DNA from: Hahellaceae bacterium
Lineage (GTDB): Bacteria > Pseudomonadota > Gammaproteobacteria > Pseudomonadales > Oleiphilaceae
NCBI GenBank assembly: GCA_016744695.1
Contig: JADGDV010000008.1
Span: forward strand, 30,637-94,636
Length of the DNA stretch: 64,000 nt
Direction: 5' to 3'
A program made the translations under genes and the position numbers. Of the stretch, positions 38,526 to 46,513 are shown piece by piece (position 1 is the stretch's first letter; each line of letters begins with the position of its first letter). The notes beneath the pieces are model-generated. The model did not search any database and was not told where the DNA came from. It worked only from the letters and a program-made list of their open reading frames with translations.

Positions 38526-39320
38526 TTACAACTGTATTTTAAATTCTTTAGGCGTCATTCCAGTTATTTTTTTGAATGCAGCATAGAAGGTAGAGGTGGA
38601 TTTGAAACCAGACTCTAATGAGATGGTTAATGCTTTTAATTCGGTGGCCTCATCAGACACAATTAGTTGCTTGGCAAAGCTGATGCGCAAGTCGTTAATA
38701 AACTGATAGAAGTTACAATGGAATTCGGTATTGATGGTTTGTGATAGGTGGTTAGTGGATATCTGTAATTCATCAGCTAGCTTCGATAAACTTAAGTCTT
38801 GATCGAGATAGCGCTGCTCTGCATGCATTAAGTGTTGTAATGCCTGTCTGATATTTATTAATTCTCGGTCCGATAGCCCAGAGGTATGGTACTTGGCTAG
38901 CTCCGAGACACCCGTCTTATTAGGTCTTGATAGGCCTTCGGGAGCATATTTTAAGTGTAGAGACGGCACTTTAGCAAAAATCTTACCTGTATCTCTATCA
39001 AAATAGACTTGTACGCTCTGAATTTTTCCCTGGCGGATACATAGCATATCAACACCCGAGAGCACTAAACCTGGCAAAGCACCATTAATTGTCCAGCGAG
39101 TAGCAATTAATCCGCCTGCATTAGGTGTTCGGTCTTTGACACAGACCTTAAGTTTAGGAAAACAGGTAAAAAGCTCAGAGGCTCTTAGTGCTAACTGATG
39201 AGCAGATACTTCTACGTTAATGTTGGAGTCTATATAAATACCTTCTGGGAGAAAGCAATTTTCAATAGCCTTAGAGTCGTGCGCATTCCAAGCATTGAGG
39301 TATTGTTCTACCACGTCCAT
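38526..39320 (-). CDS. AraC-family regulator with an N-terminal SnoaL/NTF2-like domain
   Basis: N-terminal YLNAWNAHD...RWTING...GVD...GKI fold; C-terminal LSLSKLA...NHLSQ...GFKSTSTFYAAFKK double HTH. Confidence 0.85.
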   Translation of the reverse strand: MDVVEQYLNAWNAHDSKAIENCFLPEGIYIDSNINVEVSAHQLALRASELFTCFPKLKVCVKDRTPNAGGLIATRWTINGALPGLVLSGVDMLCIRQGKIQSVQVYFDRDTGKIFAKVPSLHLKYAPEGLSRPNKTGVSELAKYHTSGLSDRELINIRQALQHLMHAEQRYLDQDLSLSKLADELQISTNHLSQTINTEFHCNFYQFINDLRISFAKQLIVSDEATELKALTISLESGFKSTSTFYAAFKKITGMTPKEFKIQL

Positions 39321-39437
39321 GTTTGATTTCCTATAAAACGAGTCACATCAGAATTGACAGAATAATAAGTCTTAGCGCCTTATGCAATCCAGTCAGGGAT
39401 TATCACCAGTCCCCCGTATACCTCATCATAGTGCTTT

Positions 39438-40349
39438 TTATACATGGAGTATAAACTTAGCGATGCTTTCAGTGAACTTGTCCGGTTCTTCAAGGTCAGG
39501 AAAGTGACCAGAATGTTCAAACTCTTCAAGCTGTGCGTGCTTTGATAATTTTAATGTGTCTTCCTTTACGGTTTTTTTATGTGTTTTGTCATGCATTCCC
39601 CAAATAACCAATGCCGGAGTATCCACCGGTTCATGTTCGGGAAGTTTAGGTGTCACAAGCCCTTGAAGACCACTAGCAAGGCAAAAACAAGCTCCATGAT
39701 TGTAAGCATCATTGCAAATGTCTGAATATGGGTTGAGTAGTGCTTTCTTGTGCAAGACGGTCTTAAACCAGCCTCTAGTCATGTTTTTCCGTTGCGATCG
39801 AAGAAGTAACTGACCTACTACTGGCGTTCCCAATATATTTTTGGGATCAACGGTTTTACGCCAATTAATACTATGAGTCTTAGTTGCCGTTTGCGTCAGT
39901 ATCAACCCACAGGCCAACTCAGGATGATTGTGGATTAAATAAGCTGCGCTGAGCCCCGATAGACATGGGAAATTTAAAATGTAAGGACCTTTGTTGATTG
40001 CCTTTAGAAATAGGGCATATATTTCGTTCAGGTCATCTGAATTCATCTTGAAGTTTCGTTTTGGTAATGAAAACCCAAAACCTGGCATTTCAAATAATAA
40101 AATATTGCAATGATTTCGAAGAGATTCAACGAGGCTTGCGTAGTGTTCTATCATCACTGGCGGATCAGGAATAATAACTAAAGTAGGGCGTTGCTTTAGA
40201 TTTGAATTTGATTCAATAAAACGGTAACGCAAGGTCACTGATGGTAAATCAAAAAAATGGATGTCATTTTGACTCCAAGCTTTTGCTTTAGTGATACGTT
40301 GTTTGTGATTAAACCCGAGGGGGAGTGTATCCATGTAGATGCCGAGCAT
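39438..40349 (-). CDS. Atypical alpha/beta hydrolase (Cys at the nucleophile elbow)
   Basis: FEMPGFGFS, ILNFPCLSG, VIWG..D and HSGHFPDLE motifs. Confidence 0.78.
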   Translation of the reverse strand: MLGIYMDTLPLGFNHKQRITKAKAWSQNDIHFFDLPSVTLRYRFIESNSNLKQRPTLVIIPDPPVMIEHYASLVESLRNHCNILLFEMPGFGFSLPKRNFKMNSDDLNEIYALFLKAINKGPYILNFPCLSGLSAAYLIHNHPELACGLILTQTATKTHSINWRKTVDPKNILGTPVVGQLLLRSQRKNMTRGWFKTVLHKKALLNPYSDICNDAYNHGACFCLASGLQGLVTPKLPEHEPVDTPALVIWGMHDKTHKKTVKEDTLKLSKHAQLEEFEHSGHFPDLEEPDKFTESIAKFILHV

Positions 40350-40462
40350 ATTCTGTTTCCTCTTTGTTAGTAAGAAACAGTATGGGATGCAGCCGATTAT
40401 TGATCAATTTAAATGATTTGAAGCCCTCTTAAATGATATTGAATTGACGTTTGAAATATGTG

Positions 40463-41353
40463 TTACTTTGATACAAGTATTTCTGTTAGCCATGTATAAA
40501 ATATTTGTATTTTGTCGACTTTGTCGCTTTTTTCCTGATAGGCAAAATAATATGCTTGTTGCATATCGAGGGATAGGTCAATAGGGCATATCAATCGTCT
40601 TGAATTCAACCACTGGTCTATCAATGGGAATACGCCGATGGTGAGACCTGAATGATTTTCAGCGGCTCTAAGGCATAAGGTATAGTCATTAAAATGGAGT
40701 TCACGCTGAGGTTTTATAGTTTTTAAACCTGCTTGTTTTGCAAATACCTCCCAATTATATTTATCATTGGCGAGGCAAATTAAAGTGCATTGATTAATGT
40801 CTTCGAGACTTTTAATTTGATGTTCTTCTGCATATTGCTCAGAACACACAATAGATACAGAGACGGGCATGATTTTCTCGCAGATCAGGTCGTCCCACTT
40901 CCCAGAGCCGAACCTTATCGCTACATCGACGTCTTCTGTTTGAAAGTTTGCCATGGAGTATTTAGTATCGATTTGTATGTCGATATCTGGGTATTTTTCA
41001 TAGAAGTTGCTAAGTTCCGGGATCACTATTTCTGTTGCCATAAATGGCAACATTTGTACTTTTAGAGGCTTACTTTGCTGACTGGTCATTGTATTCTTAG
41101 TCGCAGTTTGTATGTCAAACAGCGTTTTCGAAATATCAAAGTAGTACTGTTTACCGACCTCTGTTAACTCAACCCCTCTGGTCGTTCGGTTGAACAACGC
41201 CAATCCGAGCATAGATTCAAGTTCTTTGATCCTATAAGTCATGGCGGGAGGTGTTAGAAACAGTTCGTCCGCAGCATCTTTAAAACTAAGTAAGCGGGCA
41301 GCCGCCTCGAAAGCGATTAAAGATTGAAATGGAGGGATTTGGCGAATACTCAT
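40463..41353 (-). CDS. LysR-family regulator (GcvA-like)
   Basis: FEAAARLLSF..AADELFLTPPAMTYRIKELE HTH; DVAIRFGSG. Confidence 0.92.
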   Translation of the reverse strand: MSIRQIPPFQSLIAFEAAARLLSFKDAADELFLTPPAMTYRIKELESMLGLALFNRTTRGVELTEVGKQYYFDISKTLFDIQTATKNTMTSQQSKPLKVQMLPFMATEIVIPELSNFYEKYPDIDIQIDTKYSMANFQTEDVDVAIRFGSGKWDDLICEKIMPVSVSIVCSEQYAEEHQIKSLEDINQCTLICLANDKYNWEVFAKQAGLKTIKPQRELHFNDYTLCLRAAENHSGLTIGVFPLIDQWLNSRRLICPIDLSLDMQQAYYFAYQEKSDKVDKIQIFYTWLTEILVSK

Positions 41354-41739
41354 AATGTATTACGTTTAAGGTTGTATTGATGTGAGTGTAGCTGAATTAA
41401 GTCAACCAGACCTGAAAACAGGTGGATAATTTTCATGTTTTAGTTATATGCTAGATTATATGCTACGGAGTATTAGCGTTCCTTTTTATTATTCAAAATT
41501 TCCAAGTTAGATGTGTCTTTTAAAGACTGGAATTGCCACTAAGGAGTAATTCACATAGAGTCCTGGTTTCTTCGGCAGTCGGCCAAAAGCAGAAGTTAAG
41601 TGTGCCAAAAATTGGTGATGCGTAGCGCTAGCTTTTGGCGGAAATCGAACATTTTTCATATGAGGTTTATCGTTAATTACAGACGGCAAGCGATGGCAAC
41701 TCTTCGCACTTTGCCGGCCCCAACAGTCACGAGCAGGAA

Positions 41740-41955
41740 TTAGATTCTAGACTCCAAACGGACTGCAGAATGTTCACAGAATTCAGTCTCAATCGAGTCT
41801 GATAACCCTATAGAAAGCTCCTCCAAGGAAGCGATAGTAATAGGATCCTCATGGAGTAAATGCTTGAGAGGGTATCGCTTGCTTACCTTAACGTTCCAAG
41901 ATAGACCGCAGCTATTCGTAGGTACGGCTTTAATGGCTTTATGTATCGTGTTCAT
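41740..41955 (-). pseudogene. 71-codon ORF coupled to hisI; small protein or truncated gene remnant
   Basis: ATGA overlap with the hisI stop; no family recognised. Confidence 0.35.
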
Positions 41956-42377
41956 GTGAAATTTGCCTCACCTTTGATAAGAACGCGTTGGTTTGGGTGA
42001 TCAACTTGTAGATAGAAGCAGTCTCTGCGGCCTGTATGACATGCTTTTCCCTCTTGTTTCACCTGACAAAGTGCGACATCACCATCGCAATCAAACGACA
42101 TATTCATTAGTGCCTGAGTGTGACCACTGGTTTGGCCTTTTACCCAATATTCTTGGCGGCTTCGAGACCAGTAAGTCATTCGCTTGCTCGACAATGTGCG
42201 TTGCAGTGCTTCTTTGTTCATCCACGCAAACATTAAAATCTCTTTGGTCTCTGAGTCTTGCGTAATCACAGGTAATAGGCCGCGATCATCAAATACAATA
42301 TTATCAATGACTTCGGTAAGTCTTAACTCAGCCCCATCACCCAAATGCTCTAAAGATTTAAAGTAGTGGTGCTCCAT
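41952..42377 (-). CDS. hisI: Phosphoribosyl-AMP cyclohydrolase (zinc-island paralog)
   Basis: GLLPVITQD, YWSRSRQEYWVKGQTSGH and DCDGD...ACHTGRRDCF; start 42377 by TAATG overlap with znuB. Confidence 0.93.
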   Translation of the reverse strand: MEHHYFKSLEHLGDGAELRLTEVIDNIVFDDRGLLPVITQDSETKEILMFAWMNKEALQRTLSSKRMTYWSRSRQEYWVKGQTSGHTQALMNMSFDCDGDVALCQVKQEGKACHTGRRDCFYLQVDHPNQRVLIKGEANFT

Positions 42378-43198
42378 TATATTTTCTTGCCTATAAAGTG
42401 GGGTCGTATGAAAGGTATCAATCTGTGTGCGAGGTTTGTCAAAACAAACAGCAGAGCGCTGACACATACAATGGTTGGCCCCGTCGGCGTGTCAAACACG
42501 TAGGATGCTCGTAATCCAGATAAGCAGGCTGATATACCCAAGATAGCAGCAATAAGCGCCATCATTTCGGGCGTCTTGCTAAACGGCCTGGCTGTTGCCG
42601 CAGGTACAATGAGCATGGCTGCTATGAGTAAAACACCGACTACTTTAATCGAAACCGCAACGACAATTGCAAGTGAAATGGTGAGAACAAGTTGCTCACG
42701 CTTGGGGTCAATACCACTGGCCAAGGCCAGATCGGGGTTGATCGTCGACAAAAGAATACCTGACCAACGCCATACCATGAGAGCCAAAACAATCATAACG
42801 CCAAGAGCGATAACCCATAGGTCGGTTTTTCCCACGGCGAGAATATCACCAAACAAATATGACATTAGATCAATTCGCACCCCTGATAGAAACGACACCG
42901 CGACCAGGCCGATAGCCAGCGATGTGTGTGACATGACGCCTAGCAGGGTGTCCATAGTAAACCCCCTTCCACTTAAGCTTGAAACAGTGATCGCCATAAA
43001 TAAGCACGCAACCAGTACGCCTGCAAAAATAGGGATTGATAGCGCTAACGATAATGCAACACCTAGCACGGCGGCATGAGCGGTTGCGTCACCGAAGTAA
43101 GCCATTCGTCGCCATACAACGAAGCAGCCCAGTGGCGCTGCAGCCAACGCGACACCAACACTTGCTAACATTGCCCTTACTAAAAAATCATCCAGCAT
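42377..43198 (-). CDS. znuB: Zinc ABC transporter permease
   Basis: PLGCFVVWRRMAYFGDATAHAA, YLFGDILAV and TPTGPTIV motifs. Confidence 0.93.
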   Translation of the reverse strand: MLDDFLVRAMLASVGVALAAAPLGCFVVWRRMAYFGDATAHAAVLGVALSLALSIPIFAGVLVACLFMAITVSSLSGRGFTMDTLLGVMSHTSLAIGLVAVSFLSGVRIDLMSYLFGDILAVGKTDLWVIALGVMIVLALMVWRWSGILLSTINPDLALASGIDPKREQLVLTISLAIVVAVSIKVVGVLLIAAMLIVPAATARPFSKTPEMMALIAAILGISACLSGLRASYVFDTPTGPTIVCVSALLFVLTNLAHRLIPFIRPHFIGKKI

Positions 43199-43922
43199 GT
43201 GTCATCTCCGCAGGTAGTGTATTTCGGTGGTGATTGCGATGTAAGTAAAGAGCAGATTCGTTATCTCGATCCAGGCCAAATAGGGCATAATACTCGGGGG
43301 AGTCACTGACTGCTTCGGGTTTACCTTGGCAGCAAATATTGCCATTTAAGCAAATCACACGATCTGTCTGACGCATCACTACGTGCAGTTCGTGACTTAT
43401 CATGACGATGCCACATCCAAGCTTATCTCTAACGTGGGAAATTTGTCGATAGAACTCTGCGGAACCTCGGTGATCTAGCCCTTGCGTCGCTTCATCCAAT
43501 AAGAGTAAGTCAGGTTGGCCTAGCAGGGCCCTTGCCAGCAAGACGCGTTGAAATTGTCCACCCGATAGGTCCATGAGTTGTTCTGACTCTAGCTTGCTGG
43601 CCCCCGCATTCTCCAAAGCTTCTTCAATTGCTAATTGGCTGTGGCCGCTTGGTAAGTTCATAAATCGTTTTACCGTTATAGGGAGTGCCTCATCAATATG
43701 TAGTTTTTGCGGAACGTACCCAATCCGTAACCCTTGTTTTTTATGGATCACGCCCGAACTGGAGGGTACTGCACCGATAATTGCTTTGAACAAGGTAGAC
43801 TTTCCTGAGCCATTGGGACCAATGATCGTCACTATTTCACCTGAATTAACAGATAGCGATATGTTTTGAAGTATTTCCCGCCTTCTTAAATGTACTGATA
43901 AATTTTCACACTCAATCAACAT
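43188..43922 (-). CDS. znuC: Zinc ABC transporter ATPase
   Basis: GPNGSGKST, LSGGQFQRVLLARAL, ISHELHVVM and CLNGNICCQG motifs; ATG at 43922 after AGGTGG. Confidence 0.93.
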   Translation of the reverse strand: MLIECENLSVHLRRREILQNISLSVNSGEIVTIIGPNGSGKSTLFKAIIGAVPSSSGVIHKKQGLRIGYVPQKLHIDEALPITVKRFMNLPSGHSQLAIEEALENAGASKLESEQLMDLSGGQFQRVLLARALLGQPDLLLLDEATQGLDHRGSAEFYRQISHVRDKLGCGIVMISHELHVVMRQTDRVICLNGNICCQGKPEAVSDSPEYYALFGLDRDNESALYLHRNHHRNTLPAEMTHAG

Positions 43923-43997
43923 CAAAAACCACCTACAGAGTTAAAGCGTGGGTTAAATTTTCATTTAACAATCGCTAATTTATGTTTACTGTAAAAT

Positions 43998-44019
43998 AAA
44001 AGATATGTTATAACATCTC
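43998..44019. promoter_or_regulatory. Zur box in the znuC/znuA divergent promoter
   Basis: AGATATG-T-TATAACA with palindromic core ATGTTATAACAT (44005-44016). Confidence 0.8.
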
Positions 44020-44055
44020 ACTTGAATTTTCTAGATTATATATTAAGGAGTTTTT

Positions 44056-45045
44056 ATGCCTCACAAGATCCCTGCGCTAGCATTTACTGCTCTCGCTTTT
44101 GTTGCTGCGAGCGTTGTTGCAGAAAACATTGCTGCAGAAAACATTGAAGCTGCAGTCCCAAAAGTGGCCGTTGATATAGCACCTGTACACTCATTAGTTA
44201 GCCAAGTAATGGAAGGTGTTGGACAACCAGACTTGCTGATTCCAGCGGAAGCATCGCCCCATGAATATACCTTGCGCCCCTCACAGGCAAAGGCATTGTC
44301 AGATGCAGATATTGTTTTCTGGACGAGTGAAGCGCTGACGCCTTGGTTGGAAAAAGCGCTGGATAATATTGCACACTCCGCGCAGAAAGTTGAATTATTG
44401 GCGCTAGAAGGCACGGTTACACATAATTATCGAGAAGGCGCTACATTTGAGTCTCATGAGCATCATGATGAAGAAGAACACAGCACTGAAGAAGAGCATC
44501 ATGAAGAAATGGAGCATCATGATGATCATGATGAGGTAGACCCTCACGCGTGGCTAGACCCACAAAACGCAAAGACCTGGTTAGCCAGTATTGCGCAGAT
44601 TCTAGGGAAGAGTGACCCTGCTAATGCACATATTTATGCGGAAAATGCTGCAAAGGCGACTATAAAAATAGATGCGCTCATACACTCGACTCAGTCAGCT
44701 ATCGACACGGTAGGCGAACCGAAATTTATTGTATTTCATGATGCCTATCAATATTTTGAAAAGCGATTTGGTATTTCAGCAGCAGGCTCGATTTCTGTGG
44801 GCGATGCTGAAGACCCTAGCCCTGCACGAATAAAAGAAATTCAGAATACAGTGAATAAACTAGGTGTGACTTGTGTTTTTACTGAACCACAATTTAACCC
44901 TGGCTTAGTGAGAAATGTATTTGAAGGAACTAAGGTAACAACAATGGGTGTGATGGACCCTTTGGGAAGTGATATTAAAATCGGCAACAATCACTACTTT
45001 CGCTTAATTGAGAACATGACAAATAGCTTAAAATCCTGCAAATAA
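44056..45045 (+). CDS. znuA: Zinc ABC transporter substrate-binding protein
   Basis: SPHEYTLRPS, His/Glu-rich loop, DPHAWLDP, FHDAYQYFE and DPLG motifs. Confidence 0.93.
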   Translation: MPHKIPALAFTALAFVAASVVAENIAAENIEAAVPKVAVDIAPVHSLVSQVMEGVGQPDLLIPAEASPHEYTLRPSQAKALSDADIVFWTSEALTPWLEKALDNIAHSAQKVELLALEGTVTHNYREGATFESHEHHDEEEHSTEEEHHEEMEHHDDHDEVDPHAWLDPQNAKTWLASIAQILGKSDPANAHIYAENAAKATIKIDALIHSTQSAIDTVGEPKFIVFHDAYQYFEKRFGISAAGSISVGDAEDPSPARIKEIQNTVNKLGVTCVFTEPQFNPGLVRNVFEGTKVTTMGVMDPLGSDIKIGNNHYFRLIENMTNSLKSCK

Positions 45046-45078
45046 TACAAGCCTGATAAAAGATCAATTTAGATGTTT

Positions 45079-45118
45079 TTATTGCAATAATTAAAAGATA
45101 CGTTGCAACGTATCTTTT
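45079..45118. promoter_or_regulatory. Two TTGCAA-centred palindromes: candidate operator of the second metal-uptake module
   Basis: TTATTGCAATAA (45079-45090) and perfect 26-bp AAAAGATACGTTGCAACGTATCTTTT (45093-45118), centres 21 bp apart. Confidence 0.75.
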
Positions 45119-45168
45119 TTAAAAAATCAATACCCTATTTTTCATTATCAAGAGGAAAAAGAAAAATT

Positions 45169-46503
45169 ATGAACAGTACTAAGCAAAAAGGAAGCAAAAA
45201 ACTGAGGCCTCAACCTATCGTCAAATTAGGCGCAGTCCTAATCTCAGTAGCCATACTCAGCGCTTGCGGTAGCAGTAGCAGTAGCAGCGACAAGGATGAT
45301 GAACATGCAGAAACCCATATAGAAACAGAAGGTCGCTTGGCTGTTTTTGACGAAGATGCACAAGCACTAAAGGTGATTGAGCTAGAAGATGGAAATGTCA
45401 TAGACAGTTTTGCCTTGGACGGCACATCAACACCACGTTTGTATTCACTTCCTGGTCAGCGCTATATAGCGGCTATTCAGCGTGGTGACAACCTTGTCTC
45501 ATTTATAGATAGTGGCTTGTATACCGAAGATCATGGTGACCATTTACACGACTACCAAGAAGCCCCCAGCCTTTTGAGCTTTATGCTGACAAACGTGAAA
45601 CCGACTCACTTTGAAGCAGGAGAGGGTCGAGCACTTATCTTCAATGATGGCTCAGACGAAAGTGTTTCCAGTGTATCGGTTTTTTCGGCTGCTAGCATTG
45701 CTGATGGAGAAACGCTTTTTGAAGTGAATCGAGAAACCAATATGCACGGTGCTGCTAAGCTGATTGACGACAACTTATTTGTCACTCATCGCGATGCCAG
45801 CATTACCGATACAACGTTACCCGCCGAAGTTGATCGCTATTCTGTTGACGCAAATGTGGCAACATTTGAAGAGCGTTATGACGCGAAATGCCCCGGCTTA
45901 CATGGTGCGGGTTACAATCATGAAACCCTCATATTTGGCTGTTCTGACGGAATAGTAGCCATCGACCTGCACGATGAAGACTATTCAGCGACTAAATTTG
46001 GTAGCCCGGAGTCAATGGACGACGGCAGTAGAATCGGTTCAGTCTACGCTCACCATGACGTTGAGGCTTTGGTCACCAAGGCAGGCTCCCAACTATTTGC
46101 GACAGTTATTGAAGAGGGCGCTGTCTCCTATGAAGAGTTGATACTTGATGAAGGCGTGACAGCTTTAAGCCAAAATTTCACACCGAATGGTGAGTTTTTT
46201 TGGGTAGTAGGTGATAACGCAAAAATCTATTTATGGAACGCAGAAGAAAGCTGGGCTACGTCCACTTCATTCACAATTTCAGACTCTGAAATCACCTCTA
46301 TATTTGTGGCACCATCAACGGCCAGTCATCAACTGTATGTATTAGATGTTAATAACCAACAAGTGATCACTGTTGATTACGAGTCAGGCATCATTGAAGG
46401 CTCAATTGACTTGGATTTTACGCCTTCAGGACTCGCTTGGATGGGGTTGCCTGAACATGATCATGACGATGAACACGAGGGTGAGCATGACCATGATGAT
46501 TAA
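45169..46503 (+). CDS. AztD-like beta-propeller metal-binding lipoprotein
   Basis: Lipobox LSAC plus poly-Ser linker; EDHGDHLH, KPTHF, MHGAA and CPGLHG...FGCSDG motifs; His-rich tail. Start moved to ATG 45169 because the track TTG lies inside the palindrome. Confidence 0.75.
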   Translation: MNSTKQKGSKKLRPQPIVKLGAVLISVAILSACGSSSSSSDKDDEHAETHIETEGRLAVFDEDAQALKVIELEDGNVIDSFALDGTSTPRLYSLPGQRYIAAIQRGDNLVSFIDSGLYTEDHGDHLHDYQEAPSLLSFMLTNVKPTHFEAGEGRALIFNDGSDESVSSVSVFSAASIADGETLFEVNRETNMHGAAKLIDDNLFVTHRDASITDTTLPAEVDRYSVDANVATFEERYDAKCPGLHGAGYNHETLIFGCSDGIVAIDLHDEDYSATKFGSPESMDDGSRIGSVYAHHDVEALVTKAGSQLFATVIEEGAVSYEELILDEGVTALSQNFTPNGEFFWVVGDNAKIYLWNAEESWATSTSFTISDSEITSIFVAPSTASHQLYVLDVNNQQVITVDYESGIIEGSIDLDFTPSGLAWMGLPEHDHDDEHEGEHDHDD

Positions 46504-46513
46504 GGTGAAATCA

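Noticed and set aside
41507-41689. 60-aa minus-strand ORF near the island edge
   Set aside because: TTG start without RBS and no recognisable family; it covers the degenerate repeat motifs.
41690-41730. GC-rich stretch checked as a cobalamin riboswitch or tmRNA/tRNA end
   Set aside because: Lacks the B12-box and the TTCGA/CCA acceptor pattern.
42576-43079. 167-aa plus-strand ORF
   Set aside because: Antisense shadow of znuB with Thr/Ile/Ala bias typical of a membrane-gene reverse frame; no motif.
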